Shown here: positions 19,609 to 28,303 of the stretch, in pieces
How the letters are laid out: each line of letters opens with the position of its first letter
Position numbering within the stretch: position 1 is the first letter of the stretch
Assembly: GCA_963666835.2 (NCBI GenBank)
Contig: CAXXGO010000001.1
Coordinates: 1,792,001-1,856,000 of the forward strand
Origin: Phycisphaerae bacterium
Lineage (GTDB): Bacteria; Planctomycetota; Phycisphaerae; UBA1845
Reading direction: 5' to 3'
DNA: 64,000 nt
Notes under the pieces: model-generated
The model's database searches: none
Told to the model about the DNA's origin: nothing
The model's input: only the letters and a program-made list of their open reading frames with translations
Made by a program: the position numbers and the translations under genes

Positions 19609-21486
19609 ATGGATACTCATCAGAAGGTGCTACTTGTCGATGCCGGAACGGCGTTCTATCGGGTCGATCGTTTCAACGTCGGTGAGCCTTTCTTCGGCCC
19701 GGTTGATCTCGGGCTTCACCTGGCCGGGAAGTTCAACTCGCTGAACGTCGGCGCGGGGCTGCTGGCCGGCTCGATCTTCCCCGGGTCCAATCGGTTGATA
19801 GTCACCGGCTTCTCGCCGTGTTGGGGTGGATTCTACATCTCGACAATGGGCGGGGCGGCGTTGGTTTTCGACAACCTGGGGGTCAATATGCTCTCGATTG
19901 TCGGGCGTGCGTCCACGCCTTCGATCCTGTATTTGAACCGAACCGGCGGTGAGGAAGTTCACGTGCGAATCGTCCCCGTTGATGTCCACGCCGTCTGGAA
20001 CGGCGGGCGCCGCGGCGTATATTCAATGATGGACCATGCCTTTGAACGGTTCGGAAGCGAGTACCCGAACGATCCGCGCATCCTGGCCGTGGGACCCGCG
20101 GCGGAGGCTACCGACTTCGGCGCCATCGCGTCGGTTCCTATCACGCGCGGTACGCTGACGCATGTTGACACCTGGGCCGGCCGCGGTGGGTTCGGATCGA
20201 AGCTCTTTCAGGAGCACAACCTCGCGGCCATCATCTACGGCGGCACGTTCGTGGATGAGGACTTCCGTGATCGAAGAGTGGCGGACGAGTGGTTCGTAGA
20301 CAAATACCAGAAGAAACTCAAGGCCAAGGACCTCGAAGCGACTACGAAATACCGGTTCGATCCGCGGTTCGAAACCGGAGGGACGTTCGGCGTCAACTAC
20401 ACCACGCTGGCCGGCAACATGCTTTCCTTCAACTACCGAAGCGTGTTCGCGAGCGAGGACGAACGGCTGGACCTGCACCGCAAGTTCATCGTCGACCACT
20501 ATCTCAAGCAGTTCAACGAAGAGACCATTCAACCGCGCAAACAGCAGACCTGCGGCGAGCCCTGCGCGGCGGTCTGCAAGAAGATGCACGGCGAGTACAA
20601 GAAGGACTATGAGCCGTATCAAACGCTCGGACCTCTGTCCGGAGTATTCGATCAACGCGCCGCCGAGAAGATCGTTCGGCACGCCGACATGTACGGGTTC
20701 GACGCCATCTCCGCCGGGGGAGTGGTTTCGTGGCTGATGGAATGCCTTTCTGAAAACCTGCTCGCTCCGGAGGAACTCGGGGTGACCGAGCGGCCGGTGT
20801 TCTCTCCAGAGGGCTTTGACGTCGTATCCGATTCGATGCACAACGCCACGCTGGGAATGGGCTTGCTGGACTCGATCATCGAGAAACGCGGCATTCTAGA
20901 TCTTGCAGAAGGCCCGCGCAAGCTTGCCCGGCAGCTCGCCCGCCGGCGTGGGCGAGAAGTCCTCGATCCGTTCGTCTACACCGCTTATGCCCGCCGCGGG
21001 TGGATGGTACCCAACCAATACTGGACTCCGGGGGCATTTGCGCCCATGGCGATCATGGGCAAGTACTACATGTACTATGGCTACGATTTTCTGCCCCCGC
21101 GCGAGCTGGGCCGACGCTGCGCTACTCAGATGAAGACGGAGCTGGTCCTGGATAACACCGGAATGTGTCGGTTCCATCGGGGGTGGGCGGAGGGGATGAT
21201 CCCGGAAGTCATCGGAGCCCTGTACGGCCTGCAGAAGGAGTTCCGCAAGACCACGGCCATCACGGCCGGGCGGATTAATGCCAGAAACTCGTCACTGTTC
21301 TGGGAGTCGGGCCGCAATATCGACATCATCCACAACTTTCTGAAGAGGAAACACACGGCAGACGGCGTAAACGATGCCGAGTTGCTCGAGTGGATCGATC
21401 GTTTCGAGGCCGACCGGCACGAGGCCGCCCTCGGTTTCTGGTACGACATCCACAAGGGTATTCTGGAATCCTTGCGGGAGTTCTGA
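19609..21486 (+). CDS. Tungstopterin aldehyde:ferredoxin oxidoreductase family protein, GAPOR-like
   Basis: GGAGAGG RBS. Motifs STMGGA, WAGRGG, KYRFDPRFETGGTFGVNY, TCGEPCAAVCKK, YEPY..GPLSG, GFDAI, DNTGMCRFHRGW match the GAPOR clade as recalled. Confidence 0.85.
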   Translation: MDTHQKVLLVDAGTAFYRVDRFNVGEPFFGPVDLGLHLAGKFNSLNVGAGLLAGSIFPGSNRLIVTGFSPCWGGFYISTMGGAALVFDNLGVNMLSIVGRASTPSILYLNRTGGEEVHVRIVPVDVHAVWNGGRRGVYSMMDHAFERFGSEYPNDPRILAVGPAAEATDFGAIASVPITRGTLTHVDTWAGRGGFGSKLFQEHNLAAIIYGGTFVDEDFRDRRVADEWFVDKYQKKLKAKDLEATTKYRFDPRFETGGTFGVNYTTLAGNMLSFNYRSVFASEDERLDLHRKFIVDHYLKQFNEETIQPRKQQTCGEPCAAVCKKMHGEYKKDYEPYQTLGPLSGVFDQRAAEKIVRHADMYGFDAISAGGVVSWLMECLSENLLAPEELGVTERPVFSPEGFDVVSDSMHNATLGMGLLDSIIEKRGILDLAEGPRKLARQLARRRGREVLDPFVYTAYARRGWMVPNQYWTPGAFAPMAIMGKYYMYYGYDFLPPRELGRRCATQMKTELVLDNTGMCRFHRGWAEGMIPEVIGALYGLQKEFRKTTAITAGRINARNSSLFWESGRNIDIIHNFLKRKHTADGVNDAELLEWIDRFEADRHEAALGFWYDIHKGILESLREF

Positions 21487-21514
21487 CCGGCAACGGTGCC
21501 CTGCAAGTGATGAC

Positions 21515-22276
21515 AACGTGGTGGCATGGGTCAACTTGTTGACCCATGGGGCGTCCGGGTGGCCCATCTGCTCAGTTGGGTGGCCCATCTCTTTAGAGGT
21601 GGCGTATCCGGCATCCGAAGCGCAGGCATCCTGCCTGCGGCATGTCGGACAAAGCCGTGCGTAACGCAGGTATCCTGCCTGCAGAGTATGTCGAAAAACG
21701 CCGGCGGCGTCGGCAGGGCAGCGTCGGCGGATGTAGGGCAGGTCGAGGTAGGAGACCTGCCGCAATGACGCGCGACGCGCGAAGACTATGGCAGGTCTCG
21801 TTCCTCGACCGTGCCCTACGAATGATGCCAACGTGGTGTCATGGGTCAACTTGTTGACCCGTGGAATGCCCAGCATCTGTAGCGCAGGCATTCTGCCTGC
21901 AGCATGTCGGACAAAGCCGTGCGTAACGCAGGCATCCTGCCTGCAGAGTATGTCGAACAACGCCGGCGGCGTCGGCGGATGTAGGGCAGGTCGAGGCACG
22001 AGACCTGCCGCAATGACGCGCGACGCGCCAAGACCATGGCAGGTCTCGTTCCTCGACCGTGCCCTACGAATGATGCCAGACGGGTGGCATGAGTCAACTT
22101 GTTGACCCGTGGAATGCCCAGCATCTGTAGCGCAGGCATCCTGCCTGCAGTATGTCGAATAACGCGGTGCGTAACGCAGGCATCCTGCCTGCAGCATGTC
22201 GGACAAAGCTGTGCGTAACGCAGGCATTCTGCCTGCGGCATGTCGGACAAAGCCGTGCGTAACGCAGACATCCTGC
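21515..22276. repeat. Mosaic REP/REPIN (BIME-like) array, left part
   Basis: Repeated palindromes gta(g/a)cgcaggcat(c/t)ctgcctgc (44-bp period at 22171/22215/22259), inverted pairs gtagggcaggtcgagg..gacctgcc / ggcaggtctcgttcctcgaccgtgccctac, and gggtcaacttgttgaccc, organised in ~250-bp higher-order units. Confidence 0.9.
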
Positions 22277-23813
22277 CAATAATGTCCGGAACCCGTTGAT
22301 TTCACGGCGGATCCGGGCTCGCTGGCGTGAGCCGCGAGCTGAGGCGGTGCGCGGGCGGCGCAGGCCCCGTGGAGCGACGGGCGCAAGCTGCCTTACTCGG
22401 CGCATACCGATAGCCGCGCTGGTCGGGCTGCGGACCGGCGCGGAACGCTACTTCCTGTTTTTTTCGCGTTGCCGTTCGGCGGCGCGGCGGCGTTCACGAC
22501 GCCGTCGCTCAGCAATCTCGAACGATCCTTGCCGCGGCATTAACCCGGAAACTACGGCTGAGACAATCACAAAGTCGTATTTCGATGGCCGCGAGCCAGT
22601 CTCGACCGCGATCAGCAGCAACGCCACCATCATCACGTAGACCTGCACGGTCATCCCGGATTCGTCTTCCGAGAAGAAATGCTGGAAACTCGCAGAACTC
22701 TTCAGCCATCGGAAGAACAGCTCTACTTGCCACCGGTGCTGGTAGATCAGCGCGATCATCCAGGCCGGGATGTCCAACAAGTCCGTAAGCAAACGCATCC
22801 GCTTCTGTTTACCTTCGCGGTCGGTGAACTCGACCACTACCTCACGTAAACGCGGTAAGTCGTGCGCCTCGGGATCAACGCCCAAGGTAACCTCGGTGTC
22901 GATCGCAACACCTGCGGCCACATCCTCATCGCTGAGCGGTTTGACCCTTACGGAATTGGTATGCACGTTCTTACGCAAACGCACGACGAAGGAACTCTTG
23001 ACCTTAATGATTTCCTCGAGGAGGCCATACGATTGAAAACCGCGGTCCATGACGTACAGGCAATCGGGCTCAAGATGCGTTCCGAGCACCTTGGCTTCAC
23101 GCATCTGTCCATCCGTGACCGTGCAACATTCGGGAACGCCCTTGAGGACATCGAAATCGACGTGCACGCGGATCTGGCCCTTACGGACCCCCTTCTTCTC
23201 GGATTGGTTGTACAACGCCCAGGCGATTCGCGGAGCCACCGCGAAGAAGGTGCCGTCGACGGCCAGGAGCTTCTGTGTCAGGCTACCCAGGCGGTTGTCA
23301 TGTGGTTGGATGTCGGCACGCTCCACAAGCGAGTCGATCAACGGCAGCAGTAGGGCCGGGTCGAAGACCTTCTGGGCGTCGGAGACTGTGCTCTTGGGCA
23401 TCCGAGGGATTCCATACCGCTTTCGAATCCGAGGATGTTCGAAGAGATCCTCGATGCTGCGCAGGCCTGTAACCGACGGGTTGAAGAAGGCCAACAGGTG
23501 AGCCACCACCAGTTGATCGTAGAACACGTCCCGGTTGGCGTGGGCCGGCTGGTCATGGAGGTGTTCGAGGTAGTCTTCGATCAGTCGTGTGTAGCGGATT
23601 CCGATCAAATCGGGCGGCAACTTGGCCCGGCGCGCACGCCTTTTGCGCTTCTCCTCTGCTTTCTGGGCTTTCTTTCGCCTGCGCGTCATCGTGCCCAGAG
23701 TAGAGCACAAAGTGAGGCTGGGCGCAAGTTTGGTTTATGTTAGGTTGGCTGCACGCCTTCTGAGGGCCCGCGCCCACCGCCCCGAACTCCCCCGAGAATC
23801 CCGGACACTATTG
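22277..23813 (-). mobile_element. IS4-family insertion sequence (~1.54 kb)
   Basis: TIRs caataatgtccgg (22277) and ccggacactattg (ends 23813); flanked by (a/g)catcctgc duplication; encodes a DDE transposase. Confidence 0.9.
22448..23710 (-). CDS. IS4-family DDE transposase (ATG at 23689 is an alternative start)
   Basis: AVDGT, VMDRGF, YQHRWQVELFFRWLK (YREK signature). Confidence 0.93.
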   Translation of the reverse strand: MCSTLGTMTRRRKKAQKAEEKRKRRARRAKLPPDLIGIRYTRLIEDYLEHLHDQPAHANRDVFYDQLVVAHLLAFFNPSVTGLRSIEDLFEHPRIRKRYGIPRMPKSTVSDAQKVFDPALLLPLIDSLVERADIQPHDNRLGSLTQKLLAVDGTFFAVAPRIAWALYNQSEKKGVRKGQIRVHVDFDVLKGVPECCTVTDGQMREAKVLGTHLEPDCLYVMDRGFQSYGLLEEIIKVKSSFVVRLRKNVHTNSVRVKPLSDEDVAAGVAIDTEVTLGVDPEAHDLPRLREVVVEFTDREGKQKRMRLLTDLLDIPAWMIALIYQHRWQVELFFRWLKSSASFQHFFSEDESGMTVQVYVMMVALLLIAVETGSRPSKYDFVIVSAVVSGLMPRQGSFEIAERRRRERRRAAERQREKNRK

Positions 23814-24030
23814 GCATCCTGCCTGCAGCATGTCGGACAAAGCTGTGCGTAACGCAGGCATTCTGCCTGCGGCATGTCGGACAAAGCCGTGCGTAGCGCA
23901 GGCATTCTGCCTGCAGAGTATGTCGAAAAACGCCGGCGGCGTCGGCGGATGTAGGGCAGGTCGAGGTACGAGACCTGCCGCAATGACGCGCGAAGACCAT
24001 GGCAGGTCTCGTTCCTCGACCGTGCCCTAC
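23814..24030. repeat. Mosaic REP/REPIN array, right part (continues the array split by the IS)
   Basis: Resumes gcatcctgcctgcagcatgtcggacaaagc units and ends with a REPIN pair closing at ...gtgccctac. Confidence 0.9.
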
Positions 24031-24095
24031 GAGGAGCCCATTCGAATCGACAGATCCTGCAGCCGCACGACGTCAGCCCGGGGGATCGTTGAGGA

Positions 24096-24839
24096 TCACT
24101 CCCGCCGTTTCTTCACGGGCAGGCCTTGTCCCTTGTGAAGCACCTTGAGCGGGGTTCCTCCCGGCAGTTTCAGGACGAAGCGCGACGAGTTGATGTCGAT
24201 GTCCAATTCGATCTTGCTCAGCTCGATCGCGCTGGACGTGTTGCCGTCCTTGTCGTAACGAACCTCTTTCAGCAGTATCCCGTCCGGCCGGTAGGTCAGC
24301 AGAATCCTGGCGTCGGTACCTGTTTGCGTGGCGTCTTTTGCGACGGCTTCGACTACCAAGGTCGGTTCGGCGGCAGAGTCGGCCGACGGCAGCACCTTGA
24401 GTTCATACCGTCTGCGGAGAGACTCAAGGCGTTCTCGCGGATCATCCCCGCCGCAATTCACCCATTGTGCGGCCTTGTCCGTCCCGACGGTGTAGGAGAA
24501 CGTATGTTGCCCATCATCGATCCAAACGCGCTTCTCGACTGCCTTGGCAGTCTCGCTGCCGCTGACCGTTGTGATCTCATATTCTGCAGTGTCCAGCCGT
24601 GACATGATCGTGTTGTCGACCACCGCCTGCTGCAGGGTACCGCGACTGATCGTTTTGACCGTGCCGTCCGCCCGCCGTTGCTCGACAACGCGCTTAAACG
24701 TCGCCGTCATGGACTTGTGATTGCGCCAAGTGTCGGCAATACGTTTTTCCAGATCCTCCAGATCATTCGCAACGCACAAATGCGATGACGCACAGACGAC
24801 AGACACCGCCATTAAGATGATGGTCGACGTTCTTTCCAT
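24096..24839 (-). CDS. Secreted LolA-like (lipoprotein-sorting fold) protein
   Basis: Signal peptide MERTSTIILMAVSVVCASS; SMTATF, DDGQHTFSY, IELDIDINSSRFVLKLPGG tail typical of LolA-like folds. Confidence 0.65.
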   Translation of the reverse strand: MERTSTIILMAVSVVCASSHLCVANDLEDLEKRIADTWRNHKSMTATFKRVVEQRRADGTVKTISRGTLQQAVVDNTIMSRLDTAEYEITTVSGSETAKAVEKRVWIDDGQHTFSYTVGTDKAAQWVNCGGDDPRERLESLRRRYELKVLPSADSAAEPTLVVEAVAKDATQTGTDARILLTYRPDGILLKEVRYDKDGNTSSAIELSKIELDIDINSSRFVLKLPGGTPLKVLHKGQGLPVKKRRE

Positions 24840-25114
24840 TGTTTCGAACTCCGTGGTGAACAGCATGCGCAGACCCGGCAGCCGCGACTGCTACGTTCCG
24901 ATGACGTGAGCATACCGCGTCGGTTCCATCTCGGTCAACGGGTTTATATACCAAGTTCTCGGTACGACGACCCGCGTCGGTGGGCTCGGCCGCCCGATTG
25001 CCGCGTCGGTGTCGCCCTCGTTTGAGTAGTCGCCAAGCGCTCGCAGGCATCCTGTATTTACATATACCCGCCATCGCCGGCCCGGTTGCCGGAGTCGTCG
25101 AAATCGGCAAAGCG

Positions 25115-25194
25115 GCAGGGCAGGTCGAGGAACGCGACCTGCCGCAATGGCGAGCGAAGACCACGGCAGGTCTTGTTCCTCGACCATGCCCTGC
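25115..25194. repeat. Diverged REPIN (inverted REP pair)
   Basis: gcagggcaggtcgaggaacgcgacctgcc ... ggcaggtcttgttcctcgaccatgccctgc. Confidence 0.85.
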
Positions 25195-25260
25195 GAGGGG
25201 CTTCGCGTGAAACGCGGAACGATTCCCCGATGTTCCGAGCCCGACGAGCCGGCGATAGCG

Positions 25261-25494
25261 TCACGTTTCAGCTTTCCGGTCATTGTTGGCTACGTGGGGG
25301 ACCAGTTGCCGGTCCGGTTGTCGCTGCCAGGTTCGGCCGCAACGACAGCACTCCAGGACGATTTGTCCCGCCGCCGTTTCGGCGTAGAACAACGCGCAAC
25401 CGCAAATGCAAAACTCTCTATCGGGTGATTTCATTCCGGGTTGACCTCCCGTAGCACGGGGTGCGGTTTGAGCGTTTAGTTTCATGACTCTCAT
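25261..25494 (-). CDS. Small Cys-rich, zinc-ribbon-like protein (77 aa)
   Basis: Strong GGAGGTG RBS upstream of ATG; CICGC...CCRCG motifs. Confidence 0.55.
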   Translation of the reverse strand: MRVMKLNAQTAPRATGGQPGMKSPDREFCICGCALFYAETAAGQIVLECCRCGRTWQRQPDRQLVPHVANNDRKAET

Positions 25495-25525
25495 GTTGTC
25501 ACCTCCGCAGACTCTCCGCCGGCCG

Positions 25526-25724
25526 TCGCCTTTCCAAAGGCGAGCCCGGTCAGCGGCGATTGCAGCCTACACCGGGCGAGCGACAGATGAGGTCGGACCT
25601 AACATCCAAAGGGGCCCGACAGAGTAGGTCGAGCCCCCGGGGTGTGGGGCGTGCCGGATGCTGCCGGTGGGATATCTTGGGGGCCGGGAGTTACGAAAAA
25701 AATCCGGATCGCCGGGATGTTAGG
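25526..25724 (-). promoter_or_regulatory. Candidate structured 5' leader (three hairpins plus a 10-nt complementary pair)
   Basis: Hairpins at 25526-25543, 25544-25577 and 25592-25620; cctaacatcc (25598-25607) is complementary to ggatgttagg (25715-25724). Confidence 0.45.
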
Positions 25725-25810
25725 CTCGAAGACACGGTCCTTGCGGACGGTGTTCGGCGCGTCGCAGTCACGTGGAAAGGTACAGAAGTTCCCGGCTCGG
25801 GCGGCGTGTC

Positions 25811-26833
25811 TCAACCGTGCAACTCGGCGGCGGCGAGAAGTTCCTCGCGCATTTCGCGGCGTAGGTCGGCGGGGTGGAGAATCTCGGCCTGATCGCCGAA
25901 GCCTTTGATCCAGCGTTTGAATTCGATGACCCCGGACAGGCGATACTTGGCAATCAGCGTGTCGGACTCGTCTCCGGGGGGTTCAAAAAGGGTCTGCTCG
26001 ACAGGTTGCCAGGTGGTTTGCTGGCTCTCGTGCCAGATACGCTCTTCAACCAGAGTGGCGGCCGCCCCGGTGAACTTCACGCGAATCTCAATCGGCTCGC
26101 CTCGAGACTGGAAGATGCCGAAGCTGCTGCGAAACTGGTTCTCGAGATTGAAGTCGGCAGGGCGCTCGAACCGGTCTCCGGTTGTGGCAGCCTCGGCAAT
26201 GCGTGTTACCTTGAACATCCGCACGGCGTCTGCCCGGTGAGACCGGCCGATAGCAAAGAGATCTCCATCGTAATAGACGATTCCGTACGTATCGAACCGC
26301 GTGGTGTATTCACTCGCGCGCCAGAGCCCGCGATATCGAACGTCAATAGTCTTTTCCGATCGGGCCGCGTCAGTTAGGGTCTCGATCGTATTCGCATGCT
26401 CCTGGTAGTCGGTGACTCCCATCCGGCGGACATAGACGGTCTCGTCAAGCTCGGCGAAATAATCCAACGCCTGTGCCGGGAGAAGGCTGCGGATCTTCTT
26501 GAGGATGCTCTCGAGCCCGGCGGCGAGGTTCGTGCCCGCGAGCGGGGTGAGCAGTCGTTCAGCCAGGTGCAGTGAGATGGCCTCAGTCATTCCCAGGAAC
26601 AGGGGACTGGTATCGACGAACCTGTGCGGAAGTCGCCAGAACCGTTTGCCGAACTCGTTGTCGTCATGTTCGATGGGGAAGCCGACTTGCGTGAGTAGCT
26701 TGAGATCTCGCTGGATTGTGCGATCGCTGCCGCCGAGATGGCGGGCCAGTTCCGCAAGCGACATTCCAACTCCCCGCGTCTGCAGGATCTTCAACAGGTT
26801 CCAATGCCGGAGAATCTGCTCGCCGCGTGCCAT
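25811..26833 (-). CDS. wHTH-WYL-WCX transcriptional regulator (PafC/YafY-like)
   Basis: LAELARHLGGSDRTIQRDL HTH; RADAVRMFKVTRI; WHESQ; WIKGFGDQAEILHPADLR. AGGAGG RBS. Confidence 0.92.
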   Translation of the reverse strand: MARGEQILRHWNLLKILQTRGVGMSLAELARHLGGSDRTIQRDLKLLTQVGFPIEHDDNEFGKRFWRLPHRFVDTSPLFLGMTEAISLHLAERLLTPLAGTNLAAGLESILKKIRSLLPAQALDYFAELDETVYVRRMGVTDYQEHANTIETLTDAARSEKTIDVRYRGLWRASEYTTRFDTYGIVYYDGDLFAIGRSHRADAVRMFKVTRIAEAATTGDRFERPADFNLENQFRSSFGIFQSRGEPIEIRVKFTGAAATLVEERIWHESQQTTWQPVEQTLFEPPGDESDTLIAKYRLSGVIEFKRWIKGFGDQAEILHPADLRREMREELLAAAELHG

Positions 26834-27060
26834 TGTGTGTGGACCTCCTAAGGCGATCTACCCTTAATGAACAGCAGCATAGCAAGTTCAGCGGTGTTGA
26901 GGAAGCAGGTAGTACAGGTCGTTGACCGGCCTTTATCATCTTGGCTGATATGGGTCTCGTGACCGCATGGAGATTCCGTTGAAGGCAGGTGAATCACGTG
27001 ATCTACCCCTGATCCGCCACGCCCCCCGCAGGGCTGCACTCCATCGCAGGTGGACGTACG

Positions 27061-27200
27061 ATCAGAACCGCAAGCGTCAGAGCCCGGCCTTCGCTTCACA
27101 TAGGCCGCATACCGGGTGCCAATTCACCGGCACCCCCGACTGCTCCCTGATGGTCGTGGTTCTGATTCGCCCCGCCAAGCGGGCATTCCGCAGGGTCTGA
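27061..27200. ncRNA. Candidate structured RNA / cis-regulatory element (long stem closing two hairpins)
   Basis: atcagaacc (27061-69) pairs with ggttctgat (27158-66) and extends to a ~23-bp imperfect stem enclosing cggcct..aggccg and gggtgcc..ggcaccc hairpins. Confidence 0.45.
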
Positions 27201-27425
27201 TAGGGTGGCGGTGGCTCGTCAGTAACTCGGCGGTCCGCAGAGTGGCCCGTACGGCTCCGCACGAGGGCAGGCTACGGCGCGGGTGAGCCGCGAATGCTCC
27301 CCGGCCCGCCAACCGATCCACTCTCCACCAGGAAAACGAACTAGCCTGATAATCGCGTCCCGGTTGTGTGACACTGAACTGCACCTCGCAGGATTACCCT
27401 CAAGGGAAATATTCTGCGCATTTGC

Positions 27426-27454
27426 TTGACGTGCGGCTATATAAAGCGTAGAAT
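27426..27454 (+). promoter_or_regulatory. Sigma70-type promoter upstream of the Cys-rich secreted pair
   Basis: TTGACG-N17-TAGAAT. Confidence 0.7.
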
Positions 27455-27601
27455 CTGCCGATAGCATATGCTGGGCAACTGTAAGGTTGTCATTCTTGCC
27501 TCGGTGGGAATTGGCCGGCCCGCCCGGAATGTTGGGGCACTTCCTCGCGCTAGAGGGGTGTTGTGGAGCTTTCTGAGTGCTTGCATATCTGGAGAAAAGC
27601 G

Positions 27602-28120
27602 ATGAAGAAGCTGCTAACGGGGTTAATGGTATTGGGGCTCTGTGCGGGGCTGTTCGGCTTATCGTCACTTCTGTACGCCGCCGACCCTGAACCGGTTGAG
27701 TCGACCGACGCGCAGGCAGAGCAAGAGGAGGAGGCCGCTTGGGAGGCTTGGGAGGCAGACCTCGAGGCCTTGCTGATCGTCGATGACGAGTACGCCGAAG
27801 CCGTGGAGTCCTTGGCTGATTATCTCGGCGACGACGTCGAGGAGTATGCGATTCTCAAGGATGCGCGTTCCCAGAGGTATTTCGAAATAGCCTTGATTGT
27901 ATACGAAGAGCATTTCGGTGAGTGGACGGGCACGACGGAGGACTTCGAAGCACGCATGGAGGAGATTCCCGTCAATCCCAACATTGAGAGCTGTAGCGCA
28001 GCGGCCGTTCTCGGTTGCGGGAAGGGGAAGGTGTGTTCAATGACGTCGTCGCCGGACGGCACTTGCTCTTACACGTGCGCGGGCAAGAACGGGGTTTGCG
28101 GAGGCTCATCGGGCATGTAG
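27602..28120 (+). CDS. Secreted protein A: signal peptide, acidic helical region, 6-Cys C-terminal mini-domain
   Basis: GGAGA RBS; MKKLL...LYAA signal; C-x7-C-x5-C-x9-C-x3-C-x6-C tail; paralog of the next gene. Confidence 0.85.
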   Translation: MKKLLTGLMVLGLCAGLFGLSSLLYAADPEPVESTDAQAEQEEEAAWEAWEADLEALLIVDDEYAEAVESLADYLGDDVEEYAILKDARSQRYFEIALIVYEEHFGEWTGTTEDFEARMEEIPVNPNIESCSAAAVLGCGKGKVCSMTSSPDGTCSYTCAGKNGVCGGSSGM

Positions 28121-28192
28121 TAGTGGGGCCGACTTCGAAACTCGGTATCACCGCGATTCCACGGGGGCGGCCGGGAACCGTGACCGGGGGCA

Positions 28193-28222
28193 GGGGAGCC
28201 GGGTTCGACCGGTTCCCCCTTT
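28193..28222 (+). terminator. Terminator-like hairpin
   Basis: ggggagccgg-gttcga-ccggttcccc followed by cttt. Confidence 0.55.
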
Positions 28223-28303
28223 ACGGGGATTGTGTCGGGCAGTTGGTCGAAGCGAGTAGAACACCTGGCTCGTGGTGATTAACACACCTTGGGGAGAAGA
28301 ACC

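Noticed and set aside
21515..24030. CRISPR array or repeat-protein genes (ORFs with AGILPA/RQDAC motifs)
   Set aside because: These are translations of REP palindromes in several frames; there are no unique spacers.
27061..27200. Retron msr-msd or a known riboswitch
   Set aside because: There is no reverse transcriptase nearby, and I could not match c-di-GMP, cobalamin, TPP or SAM consensus motifs; kept only as an unassigned structured element.
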